64,000 nucleotides of DNA from Callorhinchus milii (taxonomy: Eukaryota). Each line of letters opens with the position of its first letter. Position 1 is the first letter of the stretch. Shown here piece by piece: positions 37,690 to 51,095 of the stretch. The notes under the pieces are model-generated. The model was given only the letters and a program-made list of their open reading frames with translations. It had not been told where the DNA came from and did not search any database. The DNA lies in contig NW_024704743.1 in the NCBI RefSeq assembly GCF_018977255.1, positions 23,562,001-23,626,000 on the forward strand, given 5' to 3'. The position numbers were made by a program, and so were the translations under genes.

Positions 37690-38290
37690 ATGTGAAGAAA
37701 GCTAATAGGATCCTAGGTTTTATAAATAGAGCACAACATACAAAACCAAAAAGTTGATGCTTAACTAATTTAAATCATTGGACTGTAGTAAGTATTGTGT
37801 CTGTCCTGATCACTCCACTTTAGGAAGGACATCAAGAGCATTGAGGAATGCAGAGGAAATTTGTAATGATGATAATACAAGGGTTGAGTTGTTTGATCAA
37901 TAAGCAGATACCAGATGAACTGAGCTTATTTTCAATGAAGCAGAAGGTTGAGAGGAGACCTGATAATGTCTTTAAAATTCTGAAGGATTTGGATAGAGTA
38001 GATATGGAGAAATTATTTCCACTGGTTGGTGAGGCAGTGACTAGAGGGCATCGATTAAGGATAGGATTGTTTTTACACAGAGAGCTGTTGCGTTGTTAAA
38101 TGCCGTGACAGGTGTGGTGGTCAACGCAGAATTCATATTAGCTTTCAAGAGGAAACTAGATAGTTATCTAAAAGGGAATAATTTCATGGGGAACAAGTAG
38201 ATAAATGGAACTGAATAGATTGCTCTTCCAAAGAGCCAACAGGGATGCAATGGACCAATGGCCTTTAGCTGTGCTGTAAATATCTATAGT
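37690..38290 (+). mobile_element. CR1-clade LINE 3' fragment
   Basis: KANRILGFINR, VFKILKDLDRVDMEKLFPLVGEAVTRGHRLRI; tail ...ccaatggcct...gtgctgtaaatatctat. Confidence 0.88.
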
Positions 38291-38445
38291 TTTACTTCAG
38301 AAGGTAACAATACTATTCAAAAGTATTGTGCTTATAGTACAGATGTATCAACTTTTGTGAAAAACCTGCAACTTACACATTTACTGAAAATGCTTGATAT
38401 TCAATTCTAAAAAAANCTACATCTAATGCTAATCTGCTGCTTTTC

Positions 38446-38850
38446 CAGGGGTAATAATTCCTTCAGAAAAAATTGGTCACTCAATCCATGACTGTTTGTG
38501 GAACATTACTGTGTGCAAATGGCTGCCACATTTTGCCCACAAAATGTACAGTCAATTCATTTTACAATATATTCTGTGAAGCGCTTTGAGACGTCGCGAA
38601 GATGTGATAAGGCCCTATATCGAATGTAAGGATTATTATTATTATTATGAAAGCATACAAAAGCACAATCAAGGTTGACATCCACTGCAGTGGTGCGGGA
38701 GTGCTACATTGTTGGAGGTGCCATCCTCCAGGTGAGATATTTGTAGAGTGAGTTTCTCCTGCTGCCCTGGCCAACCATCCCCTGAATAAAATGAGAAGTC
38801 TTGAAGACTGATAAGCCGCTATATCAAATGCAAGGATTATTTTAATAATA
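38446..38850 (+). mobile_element. Composite SINE (tRNA-SINE 3' half plus headless DeuSINE part), copy 1
   Basis: SINE tail continues as atgaaagcatacaaaagcacaatcaaggttgacatccactgcagtgg...cccctgaataaaa; same junction as 57440. Confidence 0.85.
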
Positions 38851-39105
38851 CCTTACTGCATCGCAGAAATGTCTCAAAGTGCTTAACTTTACATTTACTC
38901 TAGAGTGCAGTGATTGTGTATTTGTAGGCGCACGCAGAAACCAGTTTGCTCACAGCAATGGTACACAAACAACCGTGAATTGAAAGACCAATTTTATCTG
39001 GGAGATTGTTGGCCAGGACCCCGTTATAACTCTTTTTGAATAGTGCCATGGATCTTTAACGTCCACCTGAACAGGCAGACAGAACCTCAGTTCAATGTTT
39101 CGTAA
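38843..39105 (-). mobile_element. Older DeuSINE-like fragment
   Basis: ttgttggccaggaccc...aatagtgccatggatctttaacgtccacctgaacaggcagac. Confidence 0.82.
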
Positions 39106-39761
39106 GAGGTAAGATGTACAAATTATAAGGGGGAAACGTCGGTATTAAAACAAATGTTATACATGAAAATTCCAAAACAAATGACAGCTATATTATTCAT
39201 GGATCCTGACTTGCATTGTGCTTTAACTTGGGAAACAAGCAGATTCTAAAGTGCCGTGCACAGAAATCATTATATTGTTGACTGAAAATTTGTTTGTCGG
39301 GTTTGTTTTGTGTGCCTTAACCACAGTCTGTATACTCTATAACGGCGATGGGCTTAGTCCTATCCATAAATATACTTGCACTGTATGAGAAATCACATGG
39401 TATAGATCTGTGCTTGTGTCTAAATCTCAGGAGTAGTTGAAAGCATGATAGTAGTCAGTCAGTGGTAACTAATTTCACCGAGCCAAGACCTTAAGTGCTC
39501 CCACTTCATTAACTGGTTTTGTTTTTCAGCACAGGGCATCTACACTGATCAGAAACAAACTATTGGTTCCACTTTATTAGATTTCCATCATCAAGCTCAG
39601 ACACTTCTTTGTATTTTTACAGTGGGAGGGAATTATTTGCATTTTTTCCCAACAAATAGCAAAAAAAAGCTTTAGAATTTGACAATCTTTTTTTCACCCA
39701 CCTCCCTCTGTAAAATATAATGTACAATTAACACTAATCACATTTGCTCTCCCCCCATCAC

Positions 39762-39788
39762 CCCCCCCCCCCCCCCACACACACACAC
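39762..39788. repeat. Poly-C / (CA)n microsatellite
   Basis: C run followed by acacacacacac. Confidence 0.9.
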
Positions 39789-40879
39789 TCTCCTTTTGAG
39801 TCACCAGTTGTCAATATTCATGCGCGAGGGTTTATTGCCTGTTTGATCATAAGATAGATACAGCCATGCTCAGTTTTGCAGTCATTTTACGTTCACATCA
39901 AGCACAAGGGAGGAAGAAGGGGGATTTACTGAACAGCAGTTAGAAACGAGAACCATGGCCTGTTTTGTTTTCCTCCCTAACCCAGGGCTTGGAGGCTAAT
40001 TCTAACTTGTTAACCTTGAGGACACTGAACACCACAGACCAGCCAAATGAACCAAGGTCCTTCCTGTATGACTCAGCTATTCACCAGATAACTTGCTGAG
40101 CCATCAAGAAACATATATTAGCACATTAATAGCAACTCGTAGTTTCACTTTATTAAGCATGTAATAAAAATGTCGCCAGCTTATAAAGAACTCATGAACA
40201 CTATATATTACTAACCTCTTCTGAAACATCAGCAGAATTCATTCATTATAATTGTTGTATGGATCATTTGTCATAAATTTATTCAAATATAAATACAAAA
40301 TACTCCCATTGAAGAGTTGTCAATTCATGGTGCTTTCATGCACTCTTAATTTGTGGACTAAAGGTGTCTAGTAAACAGTAGTTGAATTGATGCTTCTCTG
40401 GCCTGTCTATGGAGGTTCACTAAAATGTCAGCACTAAATTTCAGGCTACTTTTGAGTTATTGCCCAACTGGGAAAAGCTCTATCATGGAGTGTATAGTTG
40501 ACGAATGAGGTTAGCAGCAATTGGTTTTGTGCAGAAGAGATCAACATGATATGCTCAAATCTCTGTAACCTGTCAACAGAAATGGAGAAACAATCATGAA
40601 GTAATCTTCACACATTGTTTCACTACAGTAACAACTAAATATTATGATTTTCATTTTTCCAAGGAGCCAACAGATGCACTAGTTTGATGTTCAGAGTGGA
40701 ATGATAGCTTTGTATGATGAGGCAATTGAGGGAATTGCTCAAGGTTGCATCTCTTGTTCTAAACCAACAACAAACAAGTCCAAGCAAATATTGGAAGTAG
40801 ACCAGAGCAGACTATAAGAAATTCTTGAAAACCTAGGCCCTTTGGTCTATGAAGGCCACTCTTGCACGTTCATAACACA

Positions 40880-41068
40880 ACGTAATATGGGTATGTACAG
40901 GACAGAAAGACCATCGCAATCCAACTGGTCGATCCTAAAGTAAAAATGTACAAACCTGGCGCTGTATATCTGTTTGCCAAATGGCTGTCCAATTCTCTCT
41001 TAAGTTTGCTGACAGAATTTGTCTCAACAACCTCTCTGGGTAGTCTATTACAACAATTTGCACTCTGC
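40880..41068 (-). mobile_element. CR1 3' fragment
   Basis: NCCNRLPREVVETNSVSKLKRELDSHL. Confidence 0.75.
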
Positions 41069-43498
41069 AATTTTATATAATGCCTTTCACATAATTAAAA
41101 GCATCAAAGAACTTTAAGAAATAAGAGTATGATATTTAACCCTCTGTGTAAAGTAATTAAGTATGAACTCTCCCCACCACCACCCAACACCCTCACAGCC
41201 CCTTACACGCCTAATGTGATCACTTGCTTAAAAGTCCCTATACTTTTGCTTCCCCAAAGGTAACCAAGTGAAGCTCCTGAATATCTGCCTGCCCGCCACT
41301 TTCTATCCTGGTTGACATTCCTAACTGCAGCAGTATATATGCATTTGTATACGTATAATGGTGTCTTAGAATTCTAAAGCAGAAAATTAGTTTGGGTGGA
41401 ATTTAACTGTCCTATCTGCTGTTTGTGGTAAGACAAGTTTGGAGGTGGAGATTGGTAGAAGTGAAGTGTGTCCAGGTTGTGTATTTATTACTTATTGTGG
41501 GGTAAAATATAAGGTAATAGGTTACCATATGTAGGGAAATATTCCATCTGGATGTACATTTACACCAGTTGCTTAGCATTTCCAAGTTTCCAGAATTGAG
41601 CACATGCTTAAACACAGCCTTAACTTTGAATTTTCTCTCAAGAACTACGGAAAAGTGGCTTCAAAATCAAGACTGGATTAAAACAAAATTGCCAAATTCT
41701 GGACATTCTGAAATGCTACATAAATAGAATAAACTTAGACCATAGGTTCAGACCCATTTTCAACCCTCTCTCCAAGGCTGCCAGAGGCAGGGGGTCTGCA
41801 CCTGTGAATTCAGTTGCCTGGCTACCCAGCAACATGGAAAAATTGAGCAATCTTCATTTGACAAGCTCAGCAGTGCCAGTGATTATTATTAGCATGAGCG
41901 AGACAGCTTCTCGTGTTAGATTCAATTCACTTTAGTTACCCAAATGAAGTGAATTGTGAGTGCTGCTCCTGAAAAATCTGTGTGTGCTTGCATTTTATGT
42001 ACCTTATTACCTTGTGTCATTCTAAGATATGATTGTGGACGTCGTCACTGCTTAACTATCCTGAAGAGAGACTCGGTGCAGAGGCTCATGAAATGATTGC
42101 ACTTAAGTTTCCCTGGACTTAAGGTATTGAAGTTGGTGAAGATAAATCTATTTATTTGTCAGCAAAGCATCACCTCATTTTGGCTGCTGTGTGTCAAGCT
42201 TCACGGCCAGCTCGAACCACGCTATCCATTAGGGATTTGACTTGCAGAGATAACAGGAGCTGAGTGAGAAGAAACCCTCCCCCTAGTAGTCGTCCCCTCC
42301 AGTTCTCACTGATGAGCCAGTCTGGCTATGCTGTCATCAGCAGTGCCATGGAGTACTGTGGATCCACCCGGCCGAGGAACTGGCCACAGAGGATTGACTG
42401 GATTCTGACTTTCCATTGTCAAACATATCACCTTAGAGCCAGCTCAACTGTAAGGAGACCCTGTTTAACATCCATCGAAGAAGGATAGTAAAACAAATGA
42501 ATCAAATGCCTTCAGAGGATGGCTGCAAATTGTCAAAGAATAACGAAACAAATATCGCTATTTGATATTCAAATTAAAAGTCATTTTTTGATATCTATTA
42601 TAAACATAGGGTAAAGTACAGCCTAGCTCATCCAGCACCCAGCTGAAATACATAGATTTGATCCCTGTAAGGAAGGCAAGCACAAGCTGTGCTGCTTTCT
42701 ATTAATAACTTACCTTTCGTAAGTTAAATTTTTGCTTGGCCCTTATGCAGTGACAGCATTTATTTAGATCTTTATTCTCACTTTAGCCGCAATGTCTGAA
42801 TACTGAATATGTGTGCGATCTGTGGAGCCTTTGAGGAAACCGATTACAGAGCTGTGTGGAGTGCTTTCCTGCCAATGCAAAAGGTTGAAATGTTTTGAAA
42901 AAGGGGCTCTGACAGTAAACTTTATTTTTCCCTATCCAGTACTTTCCCCTCTTCTGAACCTTCTCAACCCTGATATACTCTCACATGTCTAGTAGTAGCT
43001 TGTTATTGACTTTGAGTCCCAGTCTTGCCCCTTTTGGTCAGGAATTGGTGTGTGATGTGAGTAGAATCACCAAGAGCTGAGTGACGTTTTCCATGTTTCT
43101 TTTCTATTGATTAGGAGGAAGAGTAAATCCAAATTATCAAAGCCAACAAAGCAAGTCAGTACAACCACTTTGACTAGGTTGATATCGGATCTTCATGGAT
43201 CCAACTTACTTGTTAAAATGAACGGCACATATAACAATCCGAAACCCTGCAGCGTCAGACTGCATTATCATTCACAAAGTCATAGCCTGATTTTTGACAA
43301 ATGAATGGTTCATTGGGGATCACCAAGGATTCAGGCAGAGTGGAAGGGACTGGTGCTGCTTAAAGGAATTTTGCAAGGACACCCATTAAGCCCTGGTTAT
43401 TGAGCCTATTTTCTAGATTTTAGAATTATACAAATTACATTCCTTTGGTGCAGAGCGGGCAGGAGGAGAGACAGTTGGGTCCAGTTGAGAATACCATA

Positions 43499-43830
43499 TC
43501 ATAGAATCATAGAATCGTACAGAACAGAAGGAGGCCATTCGGCCCATCATGTCTGTGTCAGCTCTTTTAAAAGAGCTATCCAAATCAACCTCACTCCCCC
43601 GCGGTCTCCCCATAGCCCTGCAAACTTGTCCTTCCCAAATAATTATCTGCTTCTCTTAAAAGTTGTTATCGAATCAGGTTCCACCACCCTTTCAGACAAT
43701 GCACTCCAGATTCGAACAATTCGCAATGTAAAAACATTTCTTCTCAGCTCCCCTCTGTTACTTTTAACAACTATTTTAAATTGGTCTCCTCTGGTTACCG
43801 ACCCACACGTCAGTGGAAATCGTTTCTTCA
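43499..43830 (-). mobile_element. CR1-clade LINE 3' end
   Basis: (catagaat)n tail and gaggccattcggcccatc; FPLTCGSVTRGDQFKIVVKSNRGELRRNVFTLRIVRIWSALSERVVE. Confidence 0.92.
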
Positions 43831-45071
43831 TATAAGATACTTTCTAAAGAAAAAGCTTTTTCTTTGTTTTTCCGGTCTGTCTACACCTCTGGTGGCAGCA
43901 CATAGTGGGGTACAGTTTTACAAGTGTCAGCAGCCCCCACCAAATGATCATTCTACGAGTGTGAGCTAAGGTGGTGAATGTCAGGCTGTCTGTCTGTAAG
44001 GTATTTGTCTGTGGAGGCTTCATAGCCAAGCCCAACCTTGTCCATTCTCAATTAACCCACTTACACTTTCCACCAGGGGTCACTGAGGAGCAGCAAATCC
44101 CAGATGATATTTCCATCCCCACATACCAATTGTGGCATCTATTATGCTGTGAGGCCTGAGATGAGCTAATTCAGAAGGATCATGCATTGAAACCGGGTCC
44201 TTCTGAGTCTGTGCAACTCGGTTTCACTCCAGCCAGTGGCTTTATCAAATGGATCGTCAGGGAAGTTTCAGACAAAATGTTCTGTACCCAATAGGTTGTT
44301 ATCCAGTAGCCTCCTCAATGGCAACTGTCCTTGATTGAGGTAGAGAAACAAAATCGACTGTCCCATTAAATCAAATTTGGGTTTTCACCAGATCCAGAAA
44401 ATTAAGTATACTTTGGACATCATCCAAACATGAAAGGCGCTATATATAAATTTGTATTGTAAATATAGTTGGCAAGCTTTAGAAAAGAAAGCTTTTTTGT
44501 GCGTGTCATTGCAAAACATTTCAAAACTTCATCCTGCTCTTTTTAGAAATATAATGGAACCAAAAAAATGTTTAGAGTAAGCTACTTGCTAGGATGTAAA
44601 TGAAAATAGCTCATAATGCTTCATGCTTGTATCAAGTAGGACTTTCAGGATTTTTTTGAGTAATGCAGTTTACATCTTTAAGATTCCCCTGATGAGATCC
44701 TTGCATTTAAAGTGGATGCTTCCACAGTTAGTGTTTTTTAACATAACGGATACATAGTGAGGATCAATGCGTTAAAGAGAATAAATTGTTCAGTGACAAC
44801 AAGCCACTTTAGGACCTAAGTGGCTGTAACACTCATGATTTACACAGATCATGGTATATTTTCTACACTTCACAAATCGCTCAATGTTGGTACTAATTAT
44901 ACAGTGTATGCTTTTGAGTAGGTATGTGTTTTGAGGTTCAGTGTATTCCAGGGAAGCACAGTTGAGAAGCAAACACTCACATACCAGAGTGGCATATGTG
45001 AGTGTCTGGGGTAGGTTTTACTGTAACACAAATCACAAGGTGAGGGAAACATGGGCACTGTACAGTTCTGG

Positions 45072-45343
45072 CATCCTGTAGCTCAGTGGTTAGAGCGAGA
45101 GACGTGGGTTCAATTCCCAGCAGGGCGAAATGTTGGGCAAGTTTACTCCACACGCCTGATAATAATCCCTCAAGAGAAAAAGAAATAAAGAATAAATTGG
45201 TCATGTCAATCCACGACTGTTCGTCTGCAATGTTTTGCCCACAAATACAAAATCAATTCACTTTACAGTATATTCTTTGAAGTGCTTTGAGATCTCTAGA
45301 AGACACAAAAAGTACCATATCAAATGCAAGGATTATTATTATT
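45072..45343 (+). mobile_element. tRNA-derived SINE with internal deletions
   Basis: tcctgtagctcagtggttagagcgagagacgtgggttcaattccc (anticodon arm largely deleted)...caaatgcaaggattattatt. Confidence 0.9.
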
Positions 45344-46206
45344 ATCCTCAGAGGCAGAGGTTGAATGACTCTGTTGGTGGATACGTTTCTTTTTTGTTGT
45401 CAGCATTCTAAAAAGTAAATCATTTCAGTAACTGAGAATATTAAATCAGTGGTGCAATAAGACGGCCAGTTATGTAATGCGGGGACCAAAGAGAAGATTT
45501 GCTGCTGTGGTGAAAGAAACCATTCAGCACCGGCGCATTCTAAGCCCAGAAGGGCCACATGAGATCTGCAAGCCTTATTCACTGCTTTATTTATACATCA
45601 ACATCAAGCCTGTTCTTTATTGGTCTTGTATGTTGACTGATGTTAGAATGTATTCAAGTTCCTTTTTGTAGATTGAGATTGTGCAGGACTCCATTTTCAT
45701 CAGCTGGTAAACGTTAATAACAAGGAAAGAATTGTAGAAAAAGACACAATGTTCAGAGCAACTCACTGTGTAACACAATTCTCCCCCTCAAAAAAACTCT
45801 GAGTAAACTGTTTGTGAAGAAAAAGCAACTCAGCCTCTTGTTGAACAATAGCAACAATAATTTACAATATATTGTACCTTTCAAGTAGGGAAGCATCTCA
45901 AAATAATTCTCATAGCCTTAGGCGAGCCTCAGCAAAGTTGGAGATAGTGGGTAGGAGATTGGTTGCCAAGGGCTCAGTCAAAGGTTTTAAGAAGGATTTT
46001 GAAAGCATAGAAAGAGGCTTTGGAAAGCAATAAAAGCTATTAATGACTGTAATATGTATAGATGTCAACGTTTAAGAAGGAAAAGCGAGGATTTAGATCT
46101 TAGTCAGACCCACAGTAAATATAGAGGTGATTAGTTACAATAATAATAATTACAATAATAAGCAAATTAGCACACCATCAGCTGCCTAGATTATGTAATT
46201 ATGTAA

Positions 46207-46498
46207 TCGCTTTGCAAGTGAGAGACCTGAGTTCAATTCCCGGCAGGGCGAAACCTTGGGCAAGTTTCCTTACTCCACACAGAGCCTAATAATAATCCCT
46301 CAAAAAAAAACAATAATAAATTGGTCATTTTCAACCCATGACTGTTTGTGGGACATTGCCGTGCGCAATTGGCTGCCGCGTTCGCCCACAAATATACAGT
46401 CAATTCACTTTACAGTATATTCTGTGAAGCGCTTTGGGACGTCGAGAAGACATGAAAAGCGCTATATCAAATGCAAGGATTATTATTATTATTATTAT
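46207..46498 (+). mobile_element. Young SINE, 5'-truncated
   Basis: Starts tcgctttgcaagtgagagacctgagttcaattcc; ends (tta)n. Confidence 0.93.
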
Positions 46499-47337
46499 GT
46501 GGGTTCAAGATATAGAGCCCGAACCCAGAACCTTAATTAACAGTGGAAAGTCACAGCCGAGAATATTCTGCAAATGATATGTCAGAGTTCATGTGTAATG
46601 GTGACTCCCAGCTACAAGAGAGTGGAGGAGAGGGAGGCAGGAGTCGAGGGGAGTTGAAACCTACAAATGGCAGCAGGCACTATCCCAAGCAATAGCTCAA
46701 CCACAAGAAAGTCAGTCACCTTGTCAGAATAAATGAGCAGTAAAATAATGCTGAAAGGATGAGACCAAATAGGTTCATGTCTCTTCTTCATCCAAATCTT
46801 TCTTGTAATTGTGTGACAATAGTTGTGAAATAAGGTATTCTGCACAGCACAGTCGGAACTCTCACTGTGAAGCTGGCGGAATAGCAGCAGTAGAGGGGAA
46901 TAGGTTGGTACATAGCCACTGCAGGCAGAGAAGGCAGGAGAGCGAAATGCTCAATGCTTGTATTTCTCACTGAGCTCTGCATCACACAAAGCAATATTAG
47001 AACAGACATGTACATCATGGGACTGTACTGTGCGTTTTCACGTAAAAAGAAAAACAGCGAATGCTGGAAAATTGCCTGAAAAAGAGTGTTCTTGATATTC
47101 AAAGACAGGTCAATAAATATCTGAAGGAGAAAGGATGCATTTATACTTCGAACATCACTCTTCATCGCAGTATAGTTTTCCTCTTTGATCCAGCATTTTC
47201 TGTTTTGATTTTGATCTCTACCACTGTTTATTTTCTATTCCTCATTTAAATTTTGATGTGTACGGCCTATCATTTATTGGTCTGCTTTTGTACAAATGAC
47301 TCTTATTTCCAAGGATAAATTTTCATGATAATATTTA

Positions 47338-47745
47338 TAATAATCTTACATTTGATGTAGCTCCTTTTACATCAGGAGGATGTCTCAAAGTGCTTCACAA
47401 GATTTACTGTAAAGTGCAATGACTGTTTATTGTTGGTGACCCTCACCGCCAATTTGCATACAGCAATATCCCACAAACAGGCTGAGGTGAATGACCCAAG
47501 ACATTGGGAGAAATTCAATTTTTTCTTCAAATTGTGTCACGGGATCTTAAAGTTTGCCTGAACATACAGACAGGACCTCAGTTTAACATCTCATCTGAAG
47601 CATAGCACCTCTAATCAGCAGCACACCCCCTGCACTGTATTGGAGTGTCAGCTCTAATATGGTGAATTCAAAGTCCTTACGTGGGGCTTGAACCCACAAC
47701 CTTCTAACTCAAAGGTGAGAATACTACTAACTGAGCCAGGCTGAT
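47338..47745 (-). mobile_element. Older DeuSINE (SacSINE1-like), near full length
   Basis: ctcagtttaacatctcatctgaag...tggagtgtcagc...gtggggcttgaacccacaaccttct...ctaactgagcca. Confidence 0.87.
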
Positions 47746-47960
47746 GCCTCAGGCACACCAGTAGTTGAGATGCCACTATTTGCCTCAGTGCCCCTGGGTT
47801 AAAATCAGTGAAGTTATGCATCTAATGGCTATTTCCACTGAAAACGTAAAATCAGATTCTACAGTATTTGCAAATCTCTGCCAAATACATTTTACATTTT
47901 GCTGAGGAAACACTGATCAGGCACAGTGGAACATAGGAATTTAGGAAGAGTCCATACAGT

Positions 47961-48264
47961 GGAGTCCTGTAGCTCAGTGGTTAGAGCACTCGCCTTGCAA
48001 GCGAGACACCTGGGTTCAATTCCAGGCAGGGCAAAACCTTGGGCAAATTTTCTAATAATAATCCCTCCAAAAACCAAAGACGATAATAAATTGGTCATTT
48101 TCAATCCACGACTGTTTGTGGGACCCTGCTGTGCGCAATTGGCTGCTGTGTTTCGCCCACAAATATACAGTCAATTCACTTTACAGCATATTCTGTGAAG
48201 CGCTTTGAGACGTCTAGAGGACGTGAAAAGCGCTATATCAAATGCAGGGATTATTATTATTTAT
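47961..48264 (+). mobile_element. Young SINE, full length (tail variant B), apparent tacagt target-site duplication
   Basis: Intact A and B boxes; tacagt at 47955-47960 and 48265-48270. Confidence 0.94.
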
Positions 48265-50214
48265 TACAGTCTGTCAATCCTGTCCTGCCATTAAATTAGA
48301 TCACAGCAGGTCTTATAATCCCACATACACACCTTTTCTCCACATCCGCTATACTCATAATCCATAATAATGTATCTATTTCCTCTTTAAATGTCCCAAT
48401 TTAATCTTTATCTGCAGCTCTCTGGGGCAGTTGAATTCCACATTCACCAAACTCTCTGTGGGATGCAATGTATTCTGAATTCATCGGCCAAATGCATCCC
48501 TATTGGAGAGGGTGCTAAAGTTGCTGGAGTGGGTCAGTTTAGAGTGTAATTGCTGAATCCCCCCCCGATTTTCTACTGACTATGGTGTGTTTCTGCTGAA
48601 GGCGGTGGAGGGAGAGGTGCCTTCAGATGTTTCACCAGGGCTCAGGACATCAAATTGTGTCTGCTACCTAATTGCTTGCTGCGAGCTATATATTGCATTA
48701 ATAACATTTGCATACACTTCAAGGATTGATCTGCACAAATGCAAAGTGAATATAAGTGGCATTTCCTGTAGAACTGCATAATCTGAGTGCAGTTGGATAT
48801 TGAGGTATTTTGCTGTTGAATTATAAAATATTGAATTATACTAGGACTACTGAGTCTTGCTTTAAAGGAGATGTTGTTGTGTTTTGAATATTTAACAGCA
48901 ATGTAACATTTTCTTTCAATTTGGAGATATTTAGAGAGAGAATATTTTCTCCCACATTACATTGCCTTCTGTGATAGCCCAGTGTGCAGCTACCCCTAGG
49001 GCTCCCATACTCCATCTCAAACCGCAGTTACATAAGATTGAGAGCTAATGAGATTTTGGGCTCTGTGAGGGAATGCCACCTTGCTTGTGCCTCCCTGTGA
49101 ATATTTTATGGATGTGTTGTGTTTCTCAAGCATTGAACTGCCAGGTGGTAATGGGAGCGCATCACTAAGGAGGAAGAGTCGAACGAGGTCAGGTATTCAA
49201 TAAAGCACGTGCATCCATTTCCAGCCGCGAATCTTGGTGGGTGGAGGGCAGCAGGGCATTGGACTGGGTTTACAGTCATGAAAAGGACAGAGTGTGTGCG
49301 TTGTATTTATAGGATATAAATTGACAACAACAGCAACAACTTGCAAATTGAGGATCAAATGTATAACAATTCATCCAGGTAGCAAAAGGTGACTTCTTTT
49401 ATTAACCAGATACTTGGCATAGCAATTCACAGGAACTGTGCTCCGCAGTGAATCACAACAGAGGGAAGTTCACTGATTTAGTAACAGATGCCCAATTACA
49501 AAAGTCCCGAGTCTTCATCGCATTATGGCAGTGAGGCTGATTGATTTCAAAGCCTCCAGAAAATGTTTCCTCGGTGCAATGATCTGCGGAGACGCTCTCA
49601 AATTCAGCTCTCCTGTGCCGTTCCCCCGCACAGGAAACCAAGCAGAACGGATCACTTGCTGTCACAACAAGTGCTGCTTTTCCTTTTTGAATCAAATTTT
49701 TACATAAAACATATTGCAGGGTTTTTTTTCCAATTTATTTGTTCAAATAAAAGACAGGATTGTCATTCTTTGAACTCATGGAAGCATGCTTACTATGACC
49801 ATTTGTTGGCTGATGGGGGGGGGTGCAAAGAGATTGATGTATACGTATTAAGAGTAAGGAAATGCTAAGTATAGTTTGTACATAAGTTGTGGGGGTGGTG
49901 AACAGCAATATTTAAACTTTTTTCCCATTAAGCCAGGTGGGATTGTCAGCCGCTTTGTACCAGACTGCACTGACCAAAACCCTGCCAATTTATTATTATA
50001 GCAAACAAAGTGATGGATTTCATATTCAAATATATTCAGTCTTCATTAAAAAAGTTTTAATATTAATGATTAATGGATTCCCTTTCTTGTATTTTGATTG
50101 TAACAACACTTCAATCAGTGGTTGCAGTTTAGCTGTGTGTTCACAGGCAGCCATAGACACCTTTTGCAGAAAAGACACTCTCTTTGCAGAACATTCAGCA
50201 TTAATAATATATAT

Positions 50215-50512
50215 ATAATAATAATCCTCGCATTTCATATAGCACTTTTTTAGGTCTTCTCGATGTCTCAAAAAGCTTCACAGAATAGACTGTAAAGTGA
50301 ATTGACCGTATATTTGTGGGCGAATGCATTCACATAATAATAATCCTTGCATTTGATATAGCGCCTTTTCACATCTTTGAGATGTTTCAAAGGCCTTCAC
50401 AGATTAATAATAATCCTTGCACTTGATATAGCGCTTTTTACGTCTTCTAGACGTCTCAAAGCGCTTCACAGAATATGCTGTAAAGTGAATTGACTGTGTA
50501 TTTGTGGGCACA
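50215..50512 (-). mobile_element. Three stacked 5'-truncated SINE tails
   Basis: (aat)n-cct(t/c)gca(t/c)tt(g/c)atatagc starts at ~50215, ~50334 and ~50405. Confidence 0.88.
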
Positions 50513-50782
50513 ACATGTATTTTAAAGAGCAATCACTGAATTTTATTAATGACTTGGTTTGCAGTTCTTTGCCCAGGTTATTTGATATTTTTAGAAATGT
50601 CATATTTTTATTATTGTTTTCTCATCGGGCTATTTACAGATGTTTCAACTGTATTGGTGGTGTATCAAATTCATGGATTAGTATTATTACAGCTTCATAA
50701 AATTCTGGATTTGACATCCATCACAGTATAATACAATACAATTTACATCCTCCCCGCTTGGGGAGAATGTCTCGAAGTGCTA

Positions 50783-51095
50783 TATAATAATAATAATAAT
50801 TCTTGAATGCGATATAGTGCTTTTCACGTCTTCTAGACTCAAAGTGCTTCACAGGATATATTGTAAAGTGAATTGACTGCATTTTTCTGGGCGAAACACG
50901 GCAGCCAATTACACACAACAATGTCCCACAAACAGTCTTGGATCGAAGTGACCAAATTATTGTTGTTTTTTTTCCTTGAGGGATTATTATCAGGCGTGTG
51001 GAGTAAGGAAATTTGTCCACGGTTTCGCCCTGCCGGGAATCGAACCCAGGTCTCTCGCTTGTGAGGCGAGTGCTCTAACCACTGAGATACACGAC
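50783..51095 (-). mobile_element. tRNA-derived SINE, full length
   Basis: ...gggaatcgaacccaggtctctcgcttgtgaggcgagtgctctaaccactgag. Confidence 0.92.

Noticed and set aside
42309..42330. ctgatga-gccag-t-ctggc as another hammerhead
   Set aside because: No GAAA follows the stem.
45523..45540. REST/NRSE site (ttcagcacc)
   Set aside because: Left half-site only; no GGACAG half.
47961..48030. tRNA genes at SINE heads
   Set aside because: No proper acceptor stem or Pol III terminator, and each head continues into the same SINE body.
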